Shown piece after piece: positions 9,819 through 17,791 of a stretch of 34,581 nucleotides of DNA. The notes under the pieces are model-generated. The model was not told the origin of the DNA and ran no database searches. It worked only from the letters and a program-made list of their open reading frames with translations. Made by a program: the position numbers and the translations under genes. The stretch is from Candidatus Methylomirabilis sp. (lineage in GTDB: Bacteria; Methylomirabilota; Methylomirabilia; Methylomirabilales; Methylomirabilaceae), in contig JBGQJI010000008.1 of the NCBI GenBank assembly GCA_041498975.1, forward strand, positions 1 to 34,581, given 5' to 3'. How positions within the stretch are numbered: the first letter of the stretch is position 1; every line of letters starts with the position of its first letter.

Positions 9819-10409
9819 TCACTTCGCATGATCGTGGTAGAGACGCGCGACGTTCTTCCAGCGGATGTTTTCCATGAACGCTTCTACGTACGCCGCGGCG
9901 CTCGCCCCATAGTCCATGTGATAAGAGTGCTCGTACATATCCAGGACAAGGATGGGCACGCCGCCGGCGAGGTTACAACTATGGTCGGCGGCCCATTGAT
10001 TGACCAGCCGTGCGTCCCGACGGGAGTAGGTAAGCAGGACCCAGCCCGACCCACCTCCGAGCGCTTTGCCCATGGCCACGAACTCGCCCCGCCACCGCTC
10101 GACACTCCCGAAGTCCCTGATGAGGACTTCCCTCAGCGCTTTGTCCGGCTCCCCTTCCGCGCCCAAGCTGTCGAAGTACAGCTCATGCAAGACCATCGAA
10201 CTCGCGGCGATCAACTCCTCCCGCTTCAGGCCATTGATGGCGAACACGGGCACTGAGGCAAAGTCGAGCGATGCGAGTTGGGCCGTGATCGCATTGAGGC
10301 GTTTGACCGCGCCGCCATAATTGTTCTCGTAATGACTGACAATCAGCTTCTCTGATAGCCCCTTTAGCCGCTTCGGATCGCATGACAGCGGATTCATTGT
10401 ATAGGTCAT
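9819..10409 (-). CDS. chrC: Fe/Mn superoxide dismutase, ChrC type
   Basis: SHYENNYGGAVKRLN, KREELIA.SMVLHELYF, GGSGW and LDMYEHSYH.DYG; located in the chr cluster. Confidence 0.88.
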   Translation of the reverse strand: MTYTMNPLSCDPKRLKGLSEKLIVSHYENNYGGAVKRLNAITAQLASLDFASVPVFAINGLKREELIAASSMVLHELYFDSLGAEGEPDKALREVLIRDFGSVERWRGEFVAMGKALGGGSGWVLLTYSRRDARLVNQWAADHSCNLAGGVPILVLDMYEHSYHMDYGASAAAYVEAFMENIRWKNVARLYHDHAK

Positions 10410-10488
10410 CGCAGTCCACCCTCATCAACGGGTATCACGTCGAGATATCGTTCTCGACGTCGGAAAAATCTGGCGACGCCACGGCCTC

Positions 10489-11202
10489 TTATTTGCCTAG
10501 GGGCACCCCACGGACCATCAAGTCATCGAAGGCAGTGATCGAATCGGCTTTCGTCCACAACCCGACCTGCCCCGACCGAAACCGAGAGTCACGATGATTG
10601 ATCAGAAGCTGGCCGTCAAGCCATCCTTGGATCTGATCGCCAGCGACCACGACACGCAATGTATGCCACTGGCCGAGTGCCGGTGGTCGCACTCTTGCGG
10701 TGGCAAGCTGGTGACGCCCCCGGTCGTAATAATACAACCTGAAATTGTTTTCGAGGGCGTTAGCCCTGATGACGTAGTACCGCCCTTCGGAAAATCGAAA
10801 GACGATACCGCCCGATGCGTCTTCGCGACCCGAAATCGGCTTAAATCGCATCGAGACGTCAACGTCCGCGTAAGGCCCGGCTGGTGCAACGATCACGTTG
10901 AACGCATTCACCACGGCACGTTGGACAAGCACGTGTTTGCCGCTCGGCGCGTCGGGAGTTTCCTCAACTGTCCATCGGCCATCCACAGTTGTCCACCCTT
11001 GTGTACTCTTCTGCTCAAAATCAAAGCGCGTCGGCGGTATATTCTCAGGCAGCTTGAGTTCAGCGACGTTCGCCATCGGTCTTCCCTCATTGCCGTATCC
11101 AGACCATTCGAACACGTCGAAAAGCCCGATTAAGCTGAGCAAGCCGAGCCCACCCAATGTGAGCCCGATTACTTGACGGCCCGACAACTTGATCCACTGC
11201 AT
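10489..11202 (-). CDS. Membrane-anchored DUF1080/concanavalin-like beta-sandwich protein
   Basis: N-terminal TM; GREDASGGIVFR..YY.RANALENN, WHTLRV, D..F.SGQVGLWTKADS.T.FDDL. Confidence 0.75.
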   Translation of the reverse strand: MQWIKLSGRQVIGLTLGGLGLLSLIGLFDVFEWSGYGNEGRPMANVAELKLPENIPPTRFDFEQKSTQGWTTVDGRWTVEETPDAPSGKHVLVQRAVVNAFNVIVAPAGPYADVDVSMRFKPISGREDASGGIVFRFSEGRYYVIRANALENNFRLYYYDRGRHQLATARVRPPALGQWHTLRVVVAGDQIQGWLDGQLLINHRDSRFRSGQVGLWTKADSITAFDDLMVRGVPLGK

Positions 11203-11216
11203 AGTATACTGACCTC

Positions 11217-11735
11217 CTAATCCAACTTCTCAGAGACCGTCTTCCACTCGTCGCCCTTCACCAGCGTGATCTCGGCAGTAGGATGCCCATCTCTGAGCGT
11301 CGGCGTGATACTCACCGCATGGTATCCCTTATTCGCCTTCACTGCTGTGGCGACGGCTGCGTGGAGCGACCGCTTCGCCTTCGCCATCGCCTCACTCTCC
11401 GTCTTGGCAGCCGCGAGGTCCCCGCCACCCGTAATCGCCTCGACCTTTGAGATCTTCCCGGTCTTGTGGTTCACGATAACCTCCGAGAACTTGTCCCCCT
11501 TCATCGTATAGACCGAGAGTTGGAGCTTACCGTCCTCTAGCTCAAACTTTCCCGAAATGGGTTTGCCTTCACGCTCGCTGGCCAAGAGCCCCTTTTCTAA
11601 AGTCACCTTGGCATCTTTGAGCGCCTTGGCGAGTTCGGCGTGTTTCTTGTCGCCATAGTTCTGCGCCCACACCGCCTGACCTCCCAACAGCCAAGCAACC
11701 GCAACAATCAGCGCGAATGCCACGACCTTTCTCAT
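11217..11735 (-). CDS. Exported PepSY-like domain protein
   Basis: Signal peptide (AVWA); KV.LE.GL.AS..EG.PISGKFE.EDGKLQLSVYT; ATG 11735 after AAGGAGG. Confidence 0.72.
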   Translation of the reverse strand: MRKVVAFALIVAVAWLLGGQAVWAQNYGDKKHAELAKALKDAKVTLEKGLLASEREGKPISGKFELEDGKLQLSVYTMKGDKFSEVIVNHKTGKISKVEAITGGGDLAAAKTESEAMAKAKRSLHAAVATAVKANKGYHAVSITPTLRDGHPTAEITLVKGDEWKTVSEKLD

Positions 11736-11791
11736 TTCAGTGCCCTCCTTTATCGCTGAGCTTATGCTCGATTTCCATCCCATGCTTCTTC

Positions 11792-12973
11792 TTACTTGAC
11801 AAAGACCCACGTCGGCTTCAAGAGCGGGAATGCGATCAACCCGATAACCGCCGTCACCGCTACCAGGACAGGGTTACTGATCTTCCAGCGGGCGAGCGCC
11901 ACGAGGCTCAGTAGGCCGACAAGGGCCGTGAGCCAGTCGCCGATGGCGATCTTCCCAAGCAGGACGGAGGCCCCCAGGATCGTGCCGATAGCGGCCGCAT
12001 ACGCTCCCTTGACGAAGCCCTGAACATTGCGGTTTGCCCGATGGCGGATGAGGATGGGAGCCACGATGAGGACCAAGAGGAAGGATGGCAGGAAGATCCC
12101 CACCGTTGAAACAAGGGAACCCCAGAACCCCGCGACGAGGTACCCCACGAACGTGGCGGTGATCACCACCGGCCCTGGACTGAGCATCCCCATGGCCACC
12201 GCGACCAGGAACTGTCGCTCGTTTAGCCAGCCGGTCTGCTGGACCAGACCCTTTTCCAGAAACGGAACAATGACCAGGCCGCTCCCGAACGTCAGGGATC
12301 CTGCTTTCAGAAAAAAAACGAGCAGCTTTCCCAGCATCCAGGCCGACAAGCCCTTGGAGACCCCGGCGCTCATCGGCAATACAGCCAGGAGGGGCAACGA
12401 CGGGAAGCCTCCTGCCCGCAACAGCGTCCCGTAGTAGAGGATCCCGACTATGCCGGATACGACGAATAGCAGGGCCACTTCAGCCTGGAGGGCCACCGTC
12501 ACGGCCAGGCACGCGCCCGCGATAGCCCACTGCATGACGTCCTCCATTCCCAGCTTGGCCAGCCGGTAGCACGAGTAGAGGATCAGGGCGATCACGGCGG
12601 GGCTCACGCCATAGAAGATCGCGCGCACGGGAGGCAGGTCACCGAAATGGACGTACAACGCGCCCAGGCTGGCTACGATGACGAAATTGGGGAAGATGAA
12701 TGCCCAACCGCCGGCCCATGCCCCCCAAAATCCCCCTCGGAGATAGGAGATGAAGATCCCCACCTGGATGGCCAGGGGCCCCGGAAGGGACTGGCACACG
12801 GCGATCCCTTCACGAAGTTCGCCCCTTGTTACCCACTTCCGCTCCTCGACCAGTTCTTTTTCCATCTGCCCGCAGAGGGCGACGGGTCCTCCAAACCCGA
12901 GCGCACCAAGGCGTAAGTAATACCGAACGAGATCCCAAACCCGCACCTCGGGAGCTATGCCGTCGCGTCCCAT
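11792..12973 (-). CDS. chrA: Long-chain chromate efflux transporter (CHR family)
   Basis: LGALGFGGP, CQSLPGP, GSLTFGSG and GMLSPGPV in two homologous halves. Confidence 0.95.
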   Translation of the reverse strand: MGRDGIAPEVRVWDLVRYYLRLGALGFGGPVALCGQMEKELVEERKWVTRGELREGIAVCQSLPGPLAIQVGIFISYLRGGFWGAWAGGWAFIFPNFVIVASLGALYVHFGDLPPVRAIFYGVSPAVIALILYSCYRLAKLGMEDVMQWAIAGACLAVTVALQAEVALLFVVSGIVGILYYGTLLRAGGFPSLPLLAVLPMSAGVSKGLSAWMLGKLLVFFLKAGSLTFGSGLVIVPFLEKGLVQQTGWLNERQFLVAVAMGMLSPGPVVITATFVGYLVAGFWGSLVSTVGIFLPSFLLVLIVAPILIRHRANRNVQGFVKGAYAAAIGTILGASVLLGKIAIGDWLTALVGLLSLVALARWKISNPVLVAVTAVIGLIAFPLLKPTWVFVK

Positions 12974-13040
12974 CCATCACCTCCCATGTCCCTTTGATTC
13001 AGGCGACAGGTCTCTTCATCCGCTGCTCCATGCATCCGTT

Positions 13041-14054
13041 TCAGCGTCTGGCCCGCGGCCGGCGCTGCAATGTCGTGCTGCTCCCAAAGCTCGCATACAG
13101 GGCATCGAATATGAGAAGTCCCTGCTCCAACAGAGCATGATCATCCGCGATGGCCGCCGCCAACCCCCTGATGACCGCATCCACGCCTTTGGCCTCCTCG
13201 CTGTTGAACTTGGCATCCTTCAGATCGGCGTCGTGGACGATCCCGGCCACGGTCCTCAAGGTTCTATCCTTCAAGCCAAAGCGCTTGAGCAAGGTCTCGA
13301 AGGTGCAATCCTCGCCCTGGTGGCCCAACTCGGCGCCCAAATAGTCAAATGGGATTCCTCCTTTGATCTTTTCAGGCTCCCGGGCGAAAGCGAAGTGAGC
13401 CTTCGGGTCGATGAAGCGGCGGATCGCCCATGCCGTCGCGATTCGATCCACGTGAGGCCGAGGTCTGGTGACCCAAGTCTTGCCACGGAAAGCCTCTGGC
13501 TGCAGCAACTTCCACTCCTCCACGGCTGACGGTCCTTTTGTTCCCAAGAGCTGGCGAAACGTCGTCCAGCATTGCTTGATCGCTTCTTCAGCCTCCCGCC
13601 GCCCGGCCGCATGAAAGTAATCGATCTCTCTTAGCTCCGCCAACTGTTTCTCGAGGGCTTTCAGCTCATCGGCTAACACCACTGCCTGATGGGGCACTCT
13701 TTTTTGAAGACCGCTCTTTCGGCGCTCCTGCCAAGCCCGAGCCTGCTTTGCCAACTCCATGTAGTCCTCATCCCGGGAACGGCGGAAAAGGTCCGCCGCC
13801 TCGTCATCGGAGAGATTTTCAATCTGCTCCACCTTGAGCAGGGTCGCGTCCCCCCCGGCCCGCTGGATCTCCTGGCACAGCCATTGGGTGATCTCGTATC
13901 GCTCTTCGCCGAACGGGAGAAGGTAAACCGAGTTCCTGAAAGAGACCGCCCCAAGCTTCTTCAGCCTTCGCCACATCCTCACTCGGCTGCTTCCGGCTTG
14001 CGGTGGCAGCGAGTAAATCAATACCAACCATTTGTAATGGGCTACTTGTTTCAT
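13041..14054 (-). CDS. chrB: Chromate resistance regulator ChrB
   Basis: WLVLIYSLP..RVR.WRRLKKLGA, WVTRPRPHVDR.ATAW.IRRFID, H.GE.CTFE and IVHDADLKD; start 14054 chosen because the promoter lies within the longer ORF. Confidence 0.93.
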   Translation of the reverse strand: MKQVAHYKWLVLIYSLPPQAGSSRVRMWRRLKKLGAVSFRNSVYLLPFGEERYEITQWLCQEIQRAGGDATLLKVEQIENLSDDEAADLFRRSRDEDYMELAKQARAWQERRKSGLQKRVPHQAVVLADELKALEKQLAELREIDYFHAAGRREAEEAIKQCWTTFRQLLGTKGPSAVEEWKLLQPEAFRGKTWVTRPRPHVDRIATAWAIRRFIDPKAHFAFAREPEKIKGGIPFDYLGAELGHQGEDCTFETLLKRFGLKDRTLRTVAGIVHDADLKDAKFNSEEAKGVDAVIRGLAAAIADDHALLEQGLLIFDALYASFGSSTTLQRRPRARR

Positions 14055-14075
14055 CGGCTCCAACGCCTTGTTGCG

Positions 14076-14124
14076 TGTAATGTCTGTTACAACAAACTCT
14101 ATTATTTGTTGCATTCCAAGTCAA
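14076..14124 (-). promoter_or_regulatory. chr operon sigma70 promoter with overlapping inverted repeats (probable ChrB operator)
   Basis: Minus strand TTGACT(14124-14119)-N17-TAGAGT(14101-14096); IRs TGTAA-N6-TTACA (14076-14091) and CAACAAA-N8-TTTGTTG (14090-14111). Confidence 0.65.
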
Positions 14125-14271
14125 GTACAAATACTTGGAAAGGGAACAGCCGAAGGTGAAAATGAAAATGCTGGAGAGGCGGGAGAGCATCTTTACCTGT
14201 GGCGCTTTTTGGCAACAATACGTATACTACGGATACCGATCCCGAAGAGTCTTGCCATAGAAGGCCTGATG

Positions 14272-14588
14272 GAGGTAGGCTCAAAGGGTGTGTAAACGAG
14301 TGAAGGCGGTGCATCTTTCGGTTCGGCCACGAACCGCGGGCGTGGGAGCGCTCGAGAAAGGAGACACCGCCCTTGAAGGAGTAGAGTACCGAGTCGGTCG
14401 CGGAGTCGAGCCCGGCATGTGAGCACCTGGAGGCATTTGCGCGGCATGGGGTCCAAGCGCTGTTGCAACGGGTGTTGAAGGAGGAAGTCGAGGCGCTGTT
14501 GGGGCGGAAACGCTATGAGCGCCGCGAGAGCATCGATGCCTCGGTCGACTATCGCAAGGGCCACGGTCAGCCGCGGCGCCTGGGCTGA
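14272..14588 (+). mobile_element. IS256-family remnant (left end plus inactivated transposase N-terminus)
   Basis: End-like GAGGTAGGCTCAAAGGGTGTGTAAAC; AAGGAG RBS; TTG 14373 reads LKE*STES...LEAFARHGVQALLQRVLKEEVEALLGRKRYERR...YRKGHGQPRRLG*, matching the IS256 E.E....LGR..YER...YRNG pattern with an internal stop. Confidence 0.75.
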
Positions 14589-14590
14589 CC

Positions 14591-14625
14591 CCATGCCTGC
14601 CCCTCGTGCCGAGGGGCAGGCATGG
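14591..14625. repeat. Perfect 16-bp inverted repeat
   Basis: CCATGCCTGCCCCTCG-TGC-CGAGGGGCAGGCATGG. Confidence 0.85.
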
Positions 14626-14732
14626 CAGTGCTGGTCGCTGCACCAAGACTCTTCTCGGTCTCGCCGATCCGAGTCGTGCAACGGTCTGCGCAGGCGACTC
14701 CTAGAGACTCGGGCCGAGGAGGAGTGACACTC

Positions 14733-15764
14733 ATGTCGATGAACTCCAACGCGGACCACCATCAGCCGTCCGGCGCGCCTGGACACAAGCACGATCATCC
14801 GCACGACCACCGCCACGGGATCATCGATCCGGCCATTGCGAGCACGGCTCGTGGAATGTGGGCCCTGAAGTGGTCGTTCTTCGGCCTGCTCGCGACCGCG
14901 CTGCTCCAGGTGGGCGTCGTGGCGATCTCGGGGAGCGTCGCGCTGTTGGCCGACACCATTCATAACTTTGCCGACGCGGCCACCGCCATCCCCCTCGGGA
15001 TCGCCTTTGCCTTCGCTCGGCTGAAGCCGAGCCGCCGCTTCCCCTACGGGTATGGGCGCGTGGAGGATCTGGCCGGCGTGCTCATCGTGCTGACCATCTT
15101 GGCCACAGCGTTGGTCGCCGGCTATGAGTCAGTGGTGCGCCTCCTTCGCCCCGAGCCGATGGGGCACCTCTGGGCGGTTGCCGGCGCGTCCGTGCTGGGC
15201 TTTTTGGGCAACGAGGCGGTGGCGCTCTTTCGGATTCGGGTCGGCCGCGACATTGGTAGCGCCGCCCTGGTGGTAGATGGTTACCACGCGCGAGCCGACG
15301 GCCTGACCAGCCTGGCCGTGCTGGGCGGCGTGGCCGGCGCCTGGCTCGGGTATCCACAAGCGGACCCGGTGATCGGGCTACTCATTACGATGGCGATCCT
15401 TCACCTCGTCTGGCAATCCGCCGGCGCTGTCTTCACCCGGATGCTCGATGGCGTGGACCCCCAGGTGCTGGATGCGGTCGAGCATGCCGCGAAGCACGTC
15501 CCGGGAGTGCATGATGTGGCCGAGATCCGCGCTCGCTGGATCGGCCATCGCCTCGCTCTCGAACTGAACGTGGCAGTCAACCCGGACCTCAGCGTGACTG
15601 GGGGTCACGAAGTGGCGAAAGAAGTCCGACACCAGATCTTGCACCACGTCCCCCACGTGTCGGCCGTCACAATACACGTAGACCCGACCACGCAACTCGG
15701 GGAAGCGTACCATCGGGTAGACGTCCACGCCCATGATGGGCTGCCCGTCCATTCGCACAACTAG
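14733..15764 (+). CDS. Cation diffusion facilitator (CDF) metal transporter with His-rich termini
   Basis: SGSVALLADTIHNFAD, PSRRFPYGYGRVEDLAG, GYHARADG and VTIHVDP; ATG 14733 after GGAGGAG. Confidence 0.93.
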   Translation: MSMNSNADHHQPSGAPGHKHDHPHDHRHGIIDPAIASTARGMWALKWSFFGLLATALLQVGVVAISGSVALLADTIHNFADAATAIPLGIAFAFARLKPSRRFPYGYGRVEDLAGVLIVLTILATALVAGYESVVRLLRPEPMGHLWAVAGASVLGFLGNEAVALFRIRVGRDIGSAALVVDGYHARADGLTSLAVLGGVAGAWLGYPQADPVIGLLITMAILHLVWQSAGAVFTRMLDGVDPQVLDAVEHAAKHVPGVHDVAEIRARWIGHRLALELNVAVNPDLSVTGGHEVAKEVRHQILHHVPHVSAVTIHVDPTTQLGEAYHRVDVHAHDGLPVHSHN

Positions 15765-15806
15765 ACAAGGGAGTAGGGATTCCCTTTGAGAAAGGGAAGG
15801 AGAATA

Positions 15807-15887
15807 ATGCTGCTCGCTGTTGGCCTCGCCATGGGGCTGATCGTCGCCTTGGTCGGGCTCACTGTCGGTCGGGCCTTCCTTGATTAA
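15807..15887 (+). CDS. Putative 26-aa single-TM small protein
   Basis: AAGGAG RBS, then MLLAVGLAMGLIVALVGLTVGRAFLD*. Confidence 0.4.
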   Translation: MLLAVGLAMGLIVALVGLTVGRAFLD

Positions 15888-15968
15888 GGCGCGATAGCAT
15901 GATCGTCCAGACCGTTCGGGATCCCCGTGCTGATCTTGTTTCCCCACTTCTTGACCAAACCTCGCCTG

Positions 15969-16772
15969 ATGAAGCTCACGGCTAACGGCATCGAGATCCA
16001 CTACACCATCGAGGGAGAGGGCCCTGTGGTAACCATGAGCCATTCCCTCGGATGCAACCTGTCCATGTGGGATGAGCAGGCCCTGGCGCTCAGCACTCGC
16101 TACCGCGTCCTCAGGTACGACACGCGGGGCCATGGCCAGACCAGCGCCCCGTCAGGTCCCTACACTCTCGAGCAGATGGCGGACGACCTGCACGGGCTCC
16201 TCACCGGCGTCGGCATTACAGAGACCCACTTCGTAGGAATTTCGATGGGCGGAATGATCGGCCAGGTCTTCGCGCTCAAGCACCCCCAGATACTCCGGAG
16301 CCTGGTCCTATGCGATACGACAAGCCGCTACCCGCCTGACATAAGGTCAGCCTGGGAGGAGCGGATCCTCACTGTGGTAGCAAGAGGGATGGAGCCGATG
16401 GTCGAGCCCACGCTCCTGAAGTGGTTCACCCCACCATTCCGAAAGCAGCGCCAGGATGTCATGGACCAGGTGCGCGCCATGCTTCGCAACACACCGTCCA
16501 AGGGGTATATCGGCTGCTGCCACGCCATCCCGAGGATCAATACTACCGAACGCCTCTGCGAGGTCCGGTGCCCGGCGCTGGTGATCGTGGGCGAGGAGGA
16601 TCCGGGCACGCCTGTCGCGATGGCTCGCACGATTCACGCCGCTCTGCCGACGGCTGAGCTAGCCATCCTGCGCTCGGCCTCGCACCTCTCCAACCTGGAG
16701 CAGCCGGAGGAATTTAACAAGGTCCTGCTCGGCTTCCTTGACAAAGTCACAGGTAGGAGCATCACGAAATGA
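15969..16772 (+). CDS. pcaD: 3-oxoadipate enol-lactonase-like alpha/beta hydrolase
   Basis: SHSLG..LSMWD.Q, RYDTRGHG, GISMGGMIG nucleophile elbow, GEED.GTP and SHLSNLEQP. Confidence 0.85.
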   Translation: MKLTANGIEIHYTIEGEGPVVTMSHSLGCNLSMWDEQALALSTRYRVLRYDTRGHGQTSAPSGPYTLEQMADDLHGLLTGVGITETHFVGISMGGMIGQVFALKHPQILRSLVLCDTTSRYPPDIRSAWEERILTVVARGMEPMVEPTLLKWFTPPFRKQRQDVMDQVRAMLRNTPSKGYIGCCHAIPRINTTERLCEVRCPALVIVGEEDPGTPVAMARTIHAALPTAELAILRSASHLSNLEQPEEFNKVLLGFLDKVTGRSITK

Positions 16773-17557
16773 GCCGCCACGCGTATCCTTCAGGCCCATC
16801 GGACGAGCCGCCGGTCCCCGAACCCACATATGCCGAGCGCGCCCGGACCCTCGTCTATCTGGGGCGGGTGGGGACACTCTCCACCCTGTCGCGCCAGCAT
16901 CCCGGGCACCCGTTCGGCTCCGTCATGCCGTATGCGCTGGATGACCGGGGCCGCCCGCTCTTCCTGATCAGCACCATGGCGATGCACACGCAGAACCTCC
17001 AGGCCGATCGCCGCACGAGCCTCTTCGTGACCCAACCAGACTGGTCAGGTGACCCACTTGCGGCCGGACGCGTGACGCTGATGGGAGAAGCGAGGCTCTT
17101 ATCAGGCGGAGAACCTGCGGAGGCACGAAAGGCATATCTCGCGCGTCACGCGAATGCCGCCTATTGGGTGGACTTCGAGGACTTCGGCTTCTATCGGCTG
17201 GAGGTGGCCGACCTCTATTTCGTCGGCGGCTTCGCTGCGATGGACTGGGTGTCGGCGGAACAATATCTGGCGGCTCGCCCGGACCCTCTAGCCGACGCGG
17301 CGGCCGGGATCATTGAGCACATGAACCGAGACCATGCCGACGCCCTGATCACCCTGGCCCGGGTCCTGACTGGCGCGGAGGCCGACCAGGCGATCATGAC
17401 CTCGGTGGACCGTCTCGGGTTCAAGCTCCGGATCACAAGCGGCCCGCGCCTGCATGGCGCCCGCATCCCTTTCCCTCGCGAAGTCACCACTGCTGAAGAT
17501 TGCCGCGCCGTCTTCATCGAAATGCTGCGCGCCGCCCGCCAGCGTGTTTCCCGTTAA
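16769..17557 (+). CDS. HugZ-like split-barrel (PNPOx-like) protein with C-terminal DUF2470
   Basis: G.LST.S..GHPFGS, LIS.MA.HT.NL, YFVGGF and IIEHMNRDHADA; ATGA overlap with the upstream gene. Confidence 0.88.
   Translation: MSRHAYPSGPSDEPPVPEPTYAERARTLVYLGRVGTLSTLSRQHPGHPFGSVMPYALDDRGRPLFLISTMAMHTQNLQADRRTSLFVTQPDWSGDPLAAGRVTLMGEARLLSGGEPAEARKAYLARHANAAYWVDFEDFGFYRLEVADLYFVGGFAAMDWVSAEQYLAARPDPLADAAAGIIEHMNRDHADALITLARVLTGAEADQAIMTSVDRLGFKLRITSGPRLHGARIPFPREVTTAEDCRAVFIEMLRAARQRVSR
17372..17539 (+). repeat. Direct repeat copy 1 (3' end of the hugZ-like gene)
   Basis: 168-bp ungapped match to 22539-22706; 19 mismatches by manual count. Confidence 0.92.
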
Positions 17558-17590
17558 GTGCGTATCCGATCCTGCCTTGCGACTTCCTCC

Positions 17591-17619
17591 TTGACAGGTG
17601 CATGAAAGCAAGCTATCAA
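17591..17619 (+). promoter_or_regulatory. Putative sigma70 promoter for the R-M operon
   Basis: TTGACA-N17-TATCAA. Confidence 0.55.
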
Positions 17620-17791
17620 CCAATCCTGAGGGTATTCCTCGGGAGCACGGACAGCGGCCTATCACCGTCAGAGGCCGTGAGTTTCTGACGTATCTTACTC
17701 GTATGGGCCGAAGCCTCAACAAAGCAGGCTAGGCATCGACTTTGTGCTGGGCGCTTTGAAATGGTCGCCACTCGGTAGGAGGATTAGAAGG

